Below, one piece after another: positions 1-8,675 of a stretch of 64,000 nucleotides of DNA. This DNA is from a virus. Taxonomy: Duplodnaviria; Heunggongvirae; Uroviricota; Caudoviricetes. The stretch spans positions 41,348 through 105,347 of IMG/VR virus record IMGVR_UViG_3300025889_000082; one strand, given 5' to 3'. Positions within the stretch are counted from its first letter, which is position 1, and the number at the start of each line of letters is the position of its first letter. A program made the position numbers and the translations under genes. The notes beneath the pieces were generated by a model. The model saw only the letters and a program-made list of their open reading frames with translations. It ran no database searches and was not told the origin of the DNA.

Positions 1-1
1 G

Positions 2-337
2 AGAGTCCTTAAAAATGGTGACACTCTCACTGCTATTAAGGGATCTATCACTCCTGTTCCTAATGGTCATCTTATAAAGAAAGATGGTACAGCATTAAAG
101 AAAGGGGGCACAGTTGTTAAGGTGGGAGGTCAAACTCATAAGGTATTCAAGAATAAAAAAGGTGATGTTGTTGTTGACCACACTGCAGGAATACCTGCTG
201 GTAAGTGGGATAAGATAAATCTCACTAAGAAAGCAAAAGCTAAAACTGTTAAACAAGGTGTTGCTTCTGTAAGGAAGTGGCACAGAGAAAATCCTAACTA
301 TGGCAAAAAGTCCAGCATGGCAAAGAAAGGAAGGTAA
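2..337 (+). CDS. 5'-truncated lysine-rich basic protein; continues upstream of the window
   Basis: Frame 2 is open from nt 2 to the stop at 335-337. Product is Lys/Gly-rich (…KKGGTVVKVGG…KKAKAKTVKQG…). Overlaps the next basic ORF in frame 3 at an A5 run. Confidence 0.4.
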   Translation, partial: RVLKNGDTLTAIKGSITPVPNGHLIKKDGTALKKGGTVVKVGGQTHKVFKNKKGDVVVDHTAGIPAGKWDKINLTKKAKAKTVKQGVASVRKWHRENPNYGKKSSMAKKGR

Positions 338-545
338 GAGTCCTTCTGGAGGCCTAAACGCAAAAGGTAGAGCTTCATTGAAAGCTGCAGGTCATGATAT
401 CAAACCTCCACAACCTGGTGGTGGTCCTAGAAAGAAATCATTCTGTGCTAGGATGTCTGGTATGAAAAAGAAACTTACAAGTTCAAAGACTGCTAATGAT
501 CCTAATAGTAGAATCAATAAGTCTTTACGTAAATGGAAATGCTAA
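300..545 (+). CDS. small highly basic protein; possibly the C-terminal part of the upstream ORF through a +1 frame change
   Basis: 81-aa K/R/G-rich ORF. Overlaps the previous ORF by 38 nt in the +1 frame, next to the ggcAAAAAg run at 303-309. Confidence 0.35.
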   Translation: MAKSPAWQRKEGKSPSGGLNAKGRASLKAAGHDIKPPQPGGGPRKKSFCARMSGMKKKLTSSKTANDPNSRINKSLRKWKC

Positions 546-564
546 CAATTAAAATTATAATAAA

Positions 565-972
565 ATGGGAGTTGTAATAAAACCTAAAAATCTAAATGAA
601 CGTCAAATCAAAAGAGTTGACAGAATTGCAGAATCAAATCCTATGAGAGCTCGTAAAGTATCTGATAGAATCAGTGATAGAAGAGAAGCTCGTGGTGCTG
701 AAACAGCTGTAAAGCCTATCATGAAAAAAGGTGGTAAAGCTAAAAATGGTACATCATTTGGTATGTTATCAGTGAAAGCTGGTATTGATAAAAACCCTAA
801 TCCAACAGCTGCAGATAGAATTGCAGGTGCTAAAGGCTTAGCTAAGTCTGGTAAGAAATTAGCTAAACAAGCTGCTACAGCAATTGCTATGAAAAAGGCT
901 GGTAAAGCTCCTAAGAAAGCAAGCTATGGTAAAATGATGAAAGGTGGTGGTAAATGTAAAAATGGTTGTTAA
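565..972 (+). CDS. Lys/Ala-rich basic protein (histone-H1-like composition)
   Basis: 135 aa. C-terminus AGAKGLAKSGKKLAKQAATAIAMKKAGKAPKK is low-complexity and basic. Probable DNA-binding or virion-internal protein, assigned by composition only. Confidence 0.45.
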   Translation: MGVVIKPKNLNERQIKRVDRIAESNPMRARKVSDRISDRREARGAETAVKPIMKKGGKAKNGTSFGMLSVKAGIDKNPNPTAADRIAGAKGLAKSGKKLAKQAATAIAMKKAGKAPKKASYGKMMKGGGKCKNGC

Positions 973-989
973 TTAAAACTAAAATATAA

Positions 990-1118
990 ATGAAAAAAGT
1001 AATTGCAATTTTATTAGTAGCTACATTAGCTGCATGTGGTGGTAGTGCTTCTACAGAAGTTAAAGCTGATACAGCTGTTGTTGCAGCTGATACAGTGGCT
1101 GTTGACTCAGTAAAATAA
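990..1118 (+). CDS. small lipoprotein (42 aa) missed by the ORF track
   Basis: MKKVIAILLVATLAACGGSAS…: n-region, h-region and lipobox L-A-A-C, the signature of a signal peptidase II substrate. ATG at 990, TAA at 1116-1118. Confidence 0.45.
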   Translation: MKKVIAILLVATLAACGGSASTEVKADTAVVAADTVAVDSVK

Positions 1119-1123
1119 TTAGT

Positions 1124-1330
1124 ATGTCAAAAGCTAAAATAGGAACCAAGCAAGCAAAGTCAGTCAAACCAATGACTGCTGGTAAAGCTAAAGGTTCTGG
1201 AACACCAAGACCAGCTCCTAAGGTGGCAGCTCCTAAACCTATTAATGGTAATTATATGAAGGAAGCTGACACAAAGCTTAGATTAAAGAGCAAGATGTGG
1301 CCTCTGAAACAAAAGAGACTATCAAAATAA
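1124..1330 (+). CDS. small lysine-rich basic protein
   Basis: 68 aa, K/A/P-rich (…KAKGSGTPRPAPKVAAPKP…). Last gene before the terminator. Confidence 0.4.
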   Translation: MSKAKIGTKQAKSVKPMTAGKAKGSGTPRPAPKVAAPKPINGNYMKEADTKLRLKSKMWPLKQKRLSK

Positions 1331-1332
1331 TA

Positions 1333-1360
1333 AAAGCCCCTTAATTGGGGCTTTTTTATT
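1333..1360. terminator. bidirectional rho-independent terminator between convergent genes
   Basis: aaagcccc-ttaatt-ggggcttt stem-loop followed by TTTTTTATTT on the + strand. An A-tract precedes it, so it also reads as a terminator on the - strand. Confidence 0.6.
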
Positions 1361-2042
1361 TATGTAGCTGACTGTAATAGTCATTATCAAAATGTGGATT
1401 GAGTTGAATCACTCCTGATTCTTCATCTAACATCTGGTCAGCTTTGGCTAGGACAACTTCATTAGGTTGTATTCCCATGCCAGAGATATGTAAAGTATTC
1501 ATGCCCCATCTATATATCATAGAAGTTGGTACTTTATCAGATATAGATGCATTATTACCAAAGGTAATTTCTACATCTTCATCTCCTGACTTACTTGGCC
1601 ATTTGATTCTGTCTAAGTATTTTCTAGTGTAGATGTTTCCATTATTAATATTAGAACTTTTCTTCTCATAGACATTGTTTACAAAGAAGAAATGGTCTCT
1701 ACTTCTGTATATATCATAGTCTAAAGGACTCTCTATAATAGTAATAGCCACATTGCGTAAAGCCTTTGGAGCTAATAGATCGTCATCATCTAATCTATAT
1801 ATGAAGTTATATGTACAATGCTTATAGCCCCATTCTAGTTTAGCAGCTATAGAGGGGAATCTTTTCTTGATATTGAAGATTTTAATGCTAGGATGGTCAT
1901 AAACATAATCCACTTCTGGATTGTCATTTACAATTACCATCTCAGCACCAGCAACTCCTCCTTGTCTAAGAAAAGATTCTATAGCCTCCTCTAAGAGATG
2001 AGGTCTTTTGTACGTTATAGTTAGTACAGATATCATTACCAA
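1356..2042 (-). CDS. family-2 glycosyltransferase
   Basis: N-terminal ISVLTITYKRPHLLEEAIESFLRQ matches the GT2 consensus (ISVIIPTYNR…LL…SL..Q). Acidic DxD-like RLDDDDLL motif downstream. The start may be at M3 (2036), overlapping the groES-like stop. Confidence 0.7.
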   Translation of the reverse strand: MVMISVLTITYKRPHLLEEAIESFLRQGGVAGAEMVIVNDNPEVDYVYDHPSIKIFNIKKRFPSIAAKLEWGYKHCTYNFIYRLDDDDLLAPKALRNVAITIIESPLDYDIYRSRDHFFFVNNVYEKKSSNINNGNIYTRKYLDRIKWPSKSGDEDVEITFGNNASISDKVPTSMIYRWGMNTLHISGMGIQPNEVVLAKADQMLDEESGVIQLNPHFDNDYYSQLHK

Positions 2043-2317
2043 ATCATTATTACATCAAATGGGCTAACAAGAATAACTTGCTCATCATCTGATAAATCAA
2101 TCAATTGACCTTGTGACACCTTACCTGGATCTACTAACACAACATCACCTGCTTTGATAGTAGTTACAATATCACCCACTGAATGTACAGTGAGTTTAGA
2201 GAACTTCTTAAGCATCTCTCTTTGTAATGCTTCTTTTGTGTTTTCATCAACAATTAACTTGTTGTCTTCCACTTGTTTTGGCACCTCTAAATAGATGCGA
2301 TTTCCCAATAGTTTCAT
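2036..2317 (-). CDS. GroES/Cpn10-like co-chaperonin (phage gp31-like)
   Basis: KLLGNRIYLEV…SVGDIVTTIKAGDVVLV… is the Cpn10 pattern (K-P-L-G-D-R-V-L-V … G-D-x-V-x-F). 93 aa. Confidence 0.6.
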   Translation of the reverse strand: MKLLGNRIYLEVPKQVEDNKLIVDENTKEALQREMLKKFSKLTVHSVGDIVTTIKAGDVVLVDPGKVSQGQLIDLSDDEQVILVSPFDVIMIW

Positions 2318-2318
2318 A

Positions 2319-2588
2319 TTACTTATTTGCTAGGTTATTGAATCTAATCATATCTTCACCAGTCAAACCAATTTCAGTTTGATAAGTGTTACGTTCTCTC
2401 TTTTGTCCCTTCATCTTTCCTGTCTTAGGATCAATATCTGGAACATTCTCAGAACGCTCATGCATGTCATCTATCAATATAAGGATTCTATCATCATCCA
2501 TTTGTACTGATCTAATCACCTTGTTTAGGTTAAAGCTGTCTGTGTAGATTTTACCATCTACATTTCTTGTGTAAAAGAATAAACTCAT
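2319..2588 (-). CDS. hypothetical protein
   Basis: 89-aa ORF, translationally coupled to its neighbours (1-4 nt overlaps). Confidence 0.35.
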   Translation of the reverse strand: MSLFFYTRNVDGKIYTDSFNLNKVIRSVQMDDDRILILIDDMHERSENVPDIDPKTGKMKGQKRERNTYQTEIGLTGEDMIRFNNLANK

Positions 2589-3067
2589 TTGATTGTATTT
2601 ATTTGGTTATAAAAAGAATTGGTTAAAAATTGTATCTCATAGGCAAAAGCTTCTTCTGTCTCAGAATTAAGCTCCATACCTGTCCAATACATGATGTTCA
2701 AAGCTGTGTGAAATAATTCATGAGCTATGACACCTTTGTCTTCTGTGGTAGCCATCCATATAATTGGTGACTTACCTTCATTAATAGGAAATGATACAGC
2801 TCTAGCATTGAAGTCTGCAGCTGTAACAGTGGAGTCTAAGTTCTCACGTACATACTTCAGAGCATACTGTGTATCTTCTGTTACTAACACTGTCACATCC
2901 ATATCAAACGTAGATCCTGATAGAGTGAATGTTCTATATTTAACAAACATGCTATCATTGTTTGATAGCTTTGCTATTGCCATTGCTACACTTATAGCAA
3001 TCATAAGAATTATTACATATTTTATGAATCTTGGCAGGAACCATTTAGCCCACTTAATGAATTTCAT
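2585..3067 (-). CDS. putative zinc metallopeptidase with N-terminal membrane anchor (HExxH)
   Basis: VIAHELFHTALNIMY carries an HExxH zincin motif. N-terminal hydrophobic segment VIILMIAISVAMAIA looks like a signal or SAR-type anchor. Confidence 0.45.
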   Translation of the reverse strand: MKFIKWAKWFLPRFIKYVIILMIAISVAMAIAKLSNNDSMFVKYRTFTLSGSTFDMDVTVLVTEDTQYALKYVRENLDSTVTAADFNARAVSFPINEGKSPIIWMATTEDKGVIAHELFHTALNIMYWTGMELNSETEEAFAYEIQFLTNSFYNQINTIK

Positions 3068-3452
3068 ATTTCTGTTTTAATTGTTCACGTCTTTTATTTA
3101 CTTCCTCATATCTATACATGTCAGACTCTACATTACTATGCTCATCTAATGTCAAAAGTATGATATTTTCCTCATCTAATGCAGCTTGAGGGTATTTTTC
3201 TTTTGGTAAAATATGATGAAAGAATGCTGTTGATATTCCACCAACTAGATAATCTCCACTCACTTCAGATAACCTAGGTCTAGTTTTCCATATACGTAGA
3301 AACATATCTCTCATAGGATGTATTTCTGTTATTGGATGTTTCTCAGGTATCTTTACATTAAATCCTTTTTTAGCTGTTAGAGGTTTTCTAGGCTTGTGCT
3401 GAAAACAATATTCTCCATCACATTTCTTACCACAGGTTTTACAAAGACTCAT
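3054..3452 (-). CDS. hypothetical protein with N-terminal Cys4 zinc ribbon
   Basis: MSLCKTCGKKCDGEYCFQH: CxxC…CxxxC knuckles. Function unknown. Confidence 0.35.
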   Translation of the reverse strand: MSLCKTCGKKCDGEYCFQHKPRKPLTAKKGFNVKIPEKHPITEIHPMRDMFLRIWKTRPRLSEVSGDYLVGGISTAFFHHILPKEKYPQAALDEENIILLTLDEHSNVESDMYRYEEVNKRREQLKQKYEIH

Positions 3453-3898
3453 TTCAAACCAGTTGAGCCAAATCCTCCTTCACCTCTTTCTGATTGTTCC
3501 AATTCAGGAACCACATCAAAAGATATAGGAAGAACTTCTTCAAAATAGATTTGTGCCACTCTATCTCCTACACCATAAGGAAACTCTGGTACAGATCCTC
3601 CATTAATAATAGGTGTAAAGATGGCCATCCACTCACCTCTATAGTCTGAGTCAATAACACCATAAGAGTTATTTAACACCCAGTTAAACTTAGTGAGGTT
3701 ACTACGTGGTACTATGATGCCTTTGTAGCCTTTAGGGATTTCAGTTTTGAATCCTAATCCTACACACATCTTGTATCCACCTTTGTCTGTTATGCTATGA
3801 GCATACACATCATAGGCAGCAGCGTGCTCGCTACCCTTAATGGGCATGCGAGCATCTTCTGTTACCTTTTGCAATTTAATCTTCAATGGCTGGTTCAT
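3449..3898 (-). CDS. dut: dUTP pyrophosphatase
   Basis: dUTPase motifs: AAAYDVYA (motif I), PRSNL, GVIDSDYRGE (motif III), and a C-terminal glycine-rich motif V (ERGEGGFGSTG). 149 aa. Confidence 0.85.
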   Translation of the reverse strand: MNQPLKIKLQKVTEDARMPIKGSEHAAAYDVYAHSITDKGGYKMCVGLGFKTEIPKGYKGIIVPRSNLTKFNWVLNNSYGVIDSDYRGEWMAIFTPIINGGSVPEFPYGVGDRVAQIYFEEVLPISFDVVPELEQSERGEGGFGSTGLK

Positions 3899-3973
3899 TT
3901 TCTTCTACTATTTCAATGTTTTTAATTTTGTTGATGATGCTTTCTTTAATCTCATTGTAGAATTCTTCATTGT

Positions 3974-4912
3974 CTAACAACATGCGTTTGAATTCATCAA
4001 GATTGTATTTGATTTCATTAATGTCATTGTCTGGCCATACTTTCTACCAAGCTCATATTCATTCAACAATTCCATAATCTCCTTCACCTTATCAATACCT
4101 ACACCATATACAATCTCAAAGCTTGACAATCTAAATGGAGGACTCATTCTATTCTTAGCAGCTTTCACCTTAGTGATATTACCATAAGTTACATCACCAT
4201 CTTTTGCAGCTGTCTTGCTCACTTCTATACGAGCATCTGATGCAAACTTCAATGCATGTCCACCTTGTGTTGTTGTTGGATTACCAAACATCACACCAAT
4301 CTTCTCTCTGTATTGAGAGATGACAATTACACATGTGTTGTGAATAGACATTGCAGATTTTAATTTAGAATACACACTGCTATTCAATCTAGCCTTTAAG
4401 CCAATTGCTGAATCACCCACATCACCATCTAAGACCTTCTTAGGAATTAATGATGAGTCTGAATCTATAATCAATAAATCCACCTCACCAGTTTTAATCA
4501 TTTCAATTGCAATGTTAAAACCTTCTTCACCACAAGATGGTTGGGAGATTAACATATCTGCTGTGTTAACACCAATTGCTTCAAAGTAATTTTTATCAAC
4601 AGCATGTTCACCATCAATATAAACTACCTTTCCACCCTTCTTTTGACATTCAGCAACTGCATGACCACAGATGGTAGATTTACCTGTACCTTCCCATCCC
4701 ATTAATTCATACAATTTACCTTTTACAAATCCACCAGTGCCTAATGTAATCCAATCAAATCCAATTGAACCTGTACTGATTACATCATAATGACCATCTG
4801 TCTTGGAATCTAATGCTAGCACTGTACCTGTGCCATATGCTTTGTTTAATTTATCCAAAGCTTCTTGGAGTTTAGAGACACCACTGTCTGTTGGTTTTAC
4901 TGCTTTCGCCAT
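3974..4912 (-). CDS. recA: RecA recombinase; start reassigned to MAKAVKP at 4912
   Basis: MAKAV…ALDKLNKAYGTGTV…GWEGTGKSTICGHAVAECQKKGGKVVYIDGEHAVD parallels E. coli RecA GPESSGKTTL…FIDAEHALD (Walker A plus L1 region). The track's upstream extension runs through a terminator hairpin. Confidence 0.8.
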   Translation of the reverse strand: MAKAVKPTDSGVSKLQEALDKLNKAYGTGTVLALDSKTDGHYDVISTGSIGFDWITLGTGGFVKGKLYELMGWEGTGKSTICGHAVAECQKKGGKVVYIDGEHAVDKNYFEAIGVNTADMLISQPSCGEEGFNIAIEMIKTGEVDLLIIDSDSSLIPKKVLDGDVGDSAIGLKARLNSSVYSKLKSAMSIHNTCVIVISQYREKIGVMFGNPTTTQGGHALKFASDARIEVSKTAAKDGDVTYGNITKVKAAKNRMSPPFRLSSFEIVYGVGIDKVKEIMELLNEYELGRKYGQTMTLMKSNTILMNSNACC

Positions 4913-4970
4913 AATTGTTAATTTAGTGTACAAATTTAATACTTTTCTCTGATATTTCCATACTTTTTCG

Positions 4971-5012
4971 TTAAAAAATAAAGCCCCTAAGATAGAAATC
5001 CCAGGGGCTGAC
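4971..5012 (-). terminator. rho-independent terminator (- strand) downstream of the Cys-rich gene
   Basis: On the - strand: cagcccctgg-gatttctatctt-aggggctt followed by TATTTTTTAAC. Confidence 0.5.
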
Positions 5013-5069
5013 ACAATTAACGAAAAACAGAGATGCAAACATACGTATATAAACGCATATAAATGCAAA

Positions 5070-5264
5070 TTATTTTATCTTTTCTTCACTTTTGTTACCT
5101 TCTGTTACCTGTTTGTTACCTTTTATACCCTTTGGTTCATAAGGACAATGCCTACAATTGTTGCCACAGCAATAGCCACGTTCCTTATGTTGGAGGGCAG
5201 TGAATACCACTCTGCCCTCCTCCAAATAGTAATGAACATTTTTTATGAATTCTTTCTTTTCCAT
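5070..5264 (-). CDS. small Cys-rich protein; start reassigned to MEKKEF
   Basis: …GYCCGNNCRHCPY… cysteine cluster. ATG at 5264 lies 2 nt after the RNR stop. Possible redox or metal-binding partner of the RNR (inference). Confidence 0.4.
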   Translation of the reverse strand: MEKKEFIKNVHYYLEEGRVVFTALQHKERGYCCGNNCRHCPYEPKGIKGNKQVTEGNKSEEKIK

Positions 5265-5265
5265 G

Positions 5266-7206
5266 TTATTGAATTTCACATGCACCACCAGCACAAGCAG
5301 CCACCTGACCAAACTCTACAGTGTCATCTAGTTCTATCACCTTAGTTAAGTCTATGGCTTTCAATGTGTTAAGTAGCTCATCATATTTCTCCTTAGTGAT
5401 ATCTTCAAATGGAGCTTGTTTGTATGTATGGTCAAATGCAGGTAATACAGATAAGCCATTATACACTTCTCTGTTATCCCACATCCACTGACCTACAGTT
5501 TCCCATTCATCTAATGTGCCATCTTGAGCTAATTTGTATACAGAATCATTTGGTGGAAAACTTCCAATAGGACTAAATTCTGTGTACGTTCTACTTTTAT
5601 CAATAGAAATTGTAGCACTTACATTATGTGTGTTAGGTCCTTCTACATGTCCTGGTTTAATCCATTCTGTGCTGAACTTCTTAACACGCTCTAATGTATC
5701 AATTGCTGTCTCTGTTCTAAGGATAGATCCTTCAGGAGCCTGAACAGGAATTCTTACACAAAGTGTGTCTGTAGGACGTAATACATCATCTTCACATAAC
5801 TCTGGATGATTGATCATTAAATACTGAGCAATGTCTTCATTCTTATTGAATCTCATTGTTCTTAAGTAGTGCTGAGCATGCCATGCATGAATACCACTAG
5901 ATGTACCTAATACAAGACTAGTTGTACCTGATGGTTTAATACATGTAACACGAGCTGCTTCATTAGTTCCAATCATCTCTGAGATTAATTGGTTTGTCTT
6001 TACAGCTATCTTAGCAGCCACTTCTAGGTTGTATTGTAACACCTCACCAGAAGCTATACCAGTCATACCAATACCTAATAAGGCATCTCTGAAGGTTGTC
6101 ATTTTCCATACATCACGTAAGTAGTGGAAGTCTGTAAAGCCAGCCTGTAATGTTCCAAAGAATGCTGCAGCAGTCACTCTGTCATTCAAATCTTCTTGAC
6201 ATGTCACATCTGATACATTCACCTCACATAAGTTACAGAACTGATATGGTCTCAAGGCAATCTCACAACAAGGATTAGTACCCCAGTCTTTGTCATTAGT
6301 CCAGTAGATACCTGGTTCTCCTGAGCCTGAAGCTTCAATACGCTTCCACAAAGAGTCAAACTCTTCTTGACCCACTGAGCCTCTTTCTAAAACAGCTGAG
6401 TTATTAGCTCTACCTCTTTGCTCATTCAATTCCCACCAGTTGCCATACTTACAGGTAATCATTTCCTCATCATCATGACTGAATAAAGCAATCATTGCTG
6501 AACGTCTAATACCTCCTGCTAAGACACTATTAGCTATATGACATAAGATGTCATGACATTCTAATGGTGTTAGTTTCTCTCCATGCTCTTTACGTTCCAT
6601 GATGGCATCAATGTGGCTAAGGCAGATCTTCAATGGTTCTGGACCAGGTGCTTTACCACCTGCAGTGACTAATCTAGCTCCTTTGTGTCTGATAGCTCTG
6701 AAGTCAAACTTAGGCTTCAATCCACCCTCAAAATAGAACTTCATTAACACCTTCACAGCATCAGCCCAGCCCATAATACTGTCTTCAATAAGCCAGTTTC
6801 TGTGCTTATAACGCTCATGCTTAATAATTGTAGGTAGTTGGTCTACGTGGTGTTTTTGTACAGAATAACCTACACCTGTACCTCCTAACAATAGGAACAT
6901 AGTCTCACTGAAGCTATGAACACTATCAATTGGTAGGAAACAACAGTTATAGATACGTGAGTTGTTCACCTCAGCTGCAGCACCTGCAAACTGTAGAGCT
7001 CTCATAGAAGGTAAAACCTTCTTCTTTCTGATAAATGTAGCACTGTCTTTAATTTGTGTCTCTAGATTAGGATACTTTTTCACCATCATGTTTTCATATC
7101 TATCTACTATCTCGTCCCATGTCTCTCTTCTTTTTAGCTCTGGGATGTACTTTGCGTACTTACTAAAAATGGTGATTTTGCTCAAGGCTTCTAATCCTAA
7201 ATCCAT
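5266..7206 (-). CDS. nrdJ: class II (adenosylcobalamin-dependent) ribonucleotide reductase
   Basis: 646-aa monomer-size protein. Active-site finger TNPCCEIAL matches the class II NPCGE motif. C-terminal tail FGQVAACAGGACEIQ carries the reductant-shuttle Cys pair. Confidence 0.75.
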   Translation of the reverse strand: MDLGLEALSKITIFSKYAKYIPELKRRETWDEIVDRYENMMVKKYPNLETQIKDSATFIRKKKVLPSMRALQFAGAAAEVNNSRIYNCCFLPIDSVHSFSETMFLLLGGTGVGYSVQKHHVDQLPTIIKHERYKHRNWLIEDSIMGWADAVKVLMKFYFEGGLKPKFDFRAIRHKGARLVTAGGKAPGPEPLKICLSHIDAIMERKEHGEKLTPLECHDILCHIANSVLAGGIRRSAMIALFSHDDEEMITCKYGNWWELNEQRGRANNSAVLERGSVGQEEFDSLWKRIEASGSGEPGIYWTNDKDWGTNPCCEIALRPYQFCNLCEVNVSDVTCQEDLNDRVTAAAFFGTLQAGFTDFHYLRDVWKMTTFRDALLGIGMTGIASGEVLQYNLEVAAKIAVKTNQLISEMIGTNEAARVTCIKPSGTTSLVLGTSSGIHAWHAQHYLRTMRFNKNEDIAQYLMINHPELCEDDVLRPTDTLCVRIPVQAPEGSILRTETAIDTLERVKKFSTEWIKPGHVEGPNTHNVSATISIDKSRTYTEFSPIGSFPPNDSVYKLAQDGTLDEWETVGQWMWDNREVYNGLSVLPAFDHTYKQAPFEDITKEKYDELLNTLKAIDLTKVIELDDTVEFGQVAACAGGACEIQ

Positions 7207-7227
7207 ACGTTAATTGTTTTAATTTGG

Positions 7228-7263
7228 TTAAATAATAAAGGGCTGCGAATTTACTGCAGCCCT
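7228..7263 (-). terminator. putative terminator (- strand) between the 7292 ORF and nrdJ
   Basis: gggctgc-gaatttact-gcagccc stem followed on the - strand by TTTATTATT. Confidence 0.4.
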
Positions 7264-7291
7264 TTGAAAAAACCAAGAGAATTCAAAAATT

Positions 7292-7543
7292 CTATCTAAC
7301 TAAATTTCTTATTTTGTAACCAAGTTCTGCATCATTTGGATGATCTTTAACTAATTTAGTTATTTCCTTATTTAGAGTCATGATTTTCTCTAAATAAAGA
7401 GTAGCATCCATCAATTCCTCCTGTAAATGTTTAAGATAATTGTCCTTATTGTTAGTTTCTAGGGTGGTACCATACTTGGCTTGTCCCACCTCACTACGCT
7501 TGGCATATTTCTCAATAACAGATAATACTATTTGGTCACTCAT
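7292..7543 (-). CDS. hypothetical all-alpha protein (MazG-like NTP pyrophosphohydrolase?)
   Basis: 83 aa. …KYGTTLE…LQEELMDATLYLEKI loosely resembles MazG EExxE/ELxD helices. Weak assignment. Confidence 0.3.
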   Translation of the reverse strand: MSDQIVLSVIEKYAKRSEVGQAKYGTTLETNNKDNYLKHLQEELMDATLYLEKIMTLNKEITKLVKDHPNDAELGYKIRNLVR

Positions 7544-7926
7544 AACTTGTCATTTAAGTATTCAATAGCTTTTTCCATAGCAATTGCTTCAGCTGTGTTT
7601 CTTTGTGGATAGGTCTCAAAAGAACCCATCATTTCTGTGTTCTTTCTGTCTATAGTGTATCCAAACTGAACAGCACCCTCCACCCAAACTGATGGTGTTT
7701 GAACAATAATATCATTTGCATCCATTAAGTCAAACAAAAATCTAGGATTATTGTCAATAAATGTTGCAATGTATTCATTATCAAAGCTTTGTGATTTCAC
7801 CATGTCTTTGAATTCTTGTGGGATGTCACCATCTTCTTGTAAAGACTCAATCATCTTTCCATAATAGAATTCCTTAATAGCATCTGCTGCCTTAGGATAC
7901 TTCTCTAATAATTCTAATCCTGTCAT
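7540..7926 (-). CDS. hypothetical protein
   Basis: 128-aa ORF in the coupled operon. Confidence 0.4.
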   Translation of the reverse strand: MTGLELLEKYPKAADAIKEFYYGKMIESLQEDGDIPQEFKDMVKSQSFDNEYIATFIDNNPRFLFDLMDANDIIVQTPSVWVEGAVQFGYTIDRKNTEMMGSFETYPQRNTAEAIAMEKAIEYLNDKL

Positions 7927-8129
7927 ATTCTTTGTTTTAATTGTTTACCACTATCAGCCCACCAGTCCCTTTCATATCTCCATTCATTAGGTTCTGGATG
8001 ATGCTGCTTATCTTCATCAACTGATTCTGCTAAGATGTGATTCTTTTCACTCTCTATTTCACAGAACTTGATTACATCATCTATGCCAAACTTGGCAATT
8101 AGATGGTCTAGTATTTCACTATTATACAT
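7923..8129 (-). CDS. hypothetical protein
   Basis: 68-aa ORF with coupled overlaps on both sides. Confidence 0.35.
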   Translation of the reverse strand: MYNSEILDHLIAKFGIDDVIKFCEIESEKNHILAESVDEDKQHHPEPNEWRYERDWWADSGKQLKQRI

Positions 8130-8673
8130 ACTCTTTAATTTTATCTAGGTCTAATGTCTCAAACTCTTCAAAGAAACCATGCCAAACCTCTAGGTCTTCT
8201 GGCATCTCTATGCCTAATTTATCTTCCCAAAACTGCACCAAATCTTCTGTTTTATTAAACACTCTATACTGCAGAGATATCTCATCTCTACGCAGTCCAT
8301 TTTTCTTAATTTGTACATTTTTAGGGAAAATTCCTTGAAAAGCAGGAGAAGTTTGAGAATATTTACCTTGTTTTATTAACTCTATGTCACTCTTAAGCCT
8401 TGGATTAATTTCATAAACAACCACTACATAACCATCTTCATAGTCATAGTCATCTATAATAGACTTAGTTCTTTCATATTCTTTATCTAAGAATAATCTG
8501 AACTTATCTAAATCTTTTGGTTTAAAGAGAAGATACACAGCATTTTCATACTGTATATCTTTTCTTGCATCTTTTATATAGCCATTAACAAATCCATTGT
8601 CCAACAATTTATCTCTGCCAATGCTGAGAGTTGGAACAATAAAAATGCTAGTGATTGTGTGTTTTCTCTCCAT
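8122..8673 (-). CDS. hypothetical protein
   Basis: 183-aa ORF. Confidence 0.4.
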   Translation of the reverse strand: MERKHTITSIFIVPTLSIGRDKLLDNGFVNGYIKDARKDIQYENAVYLLFKPKDLDKFRLFLDKEYERTKSIIDDYDYEDGYVVVVYEINPRLKSDIELIKQGKYSQTSPAFQGIFPKNVQIKKNGLRRDEISLQYRVFNKTEDLVQFWEDKLGIEMPEDLEVWHGFFEEFETLDLDKIKEYV

Positions 8674-8675
8674 GC

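Noticed and set aside
3974-5068. Track's 364-aa version of the RecA ORF with a 52-aa hydrophobic N-terminal extension.
   Set aside because: The extension reads through the terminator hairpin at 4971-5012 and does not align with RecA. MAKAV… at 4912 aligns with RecA N-termini.
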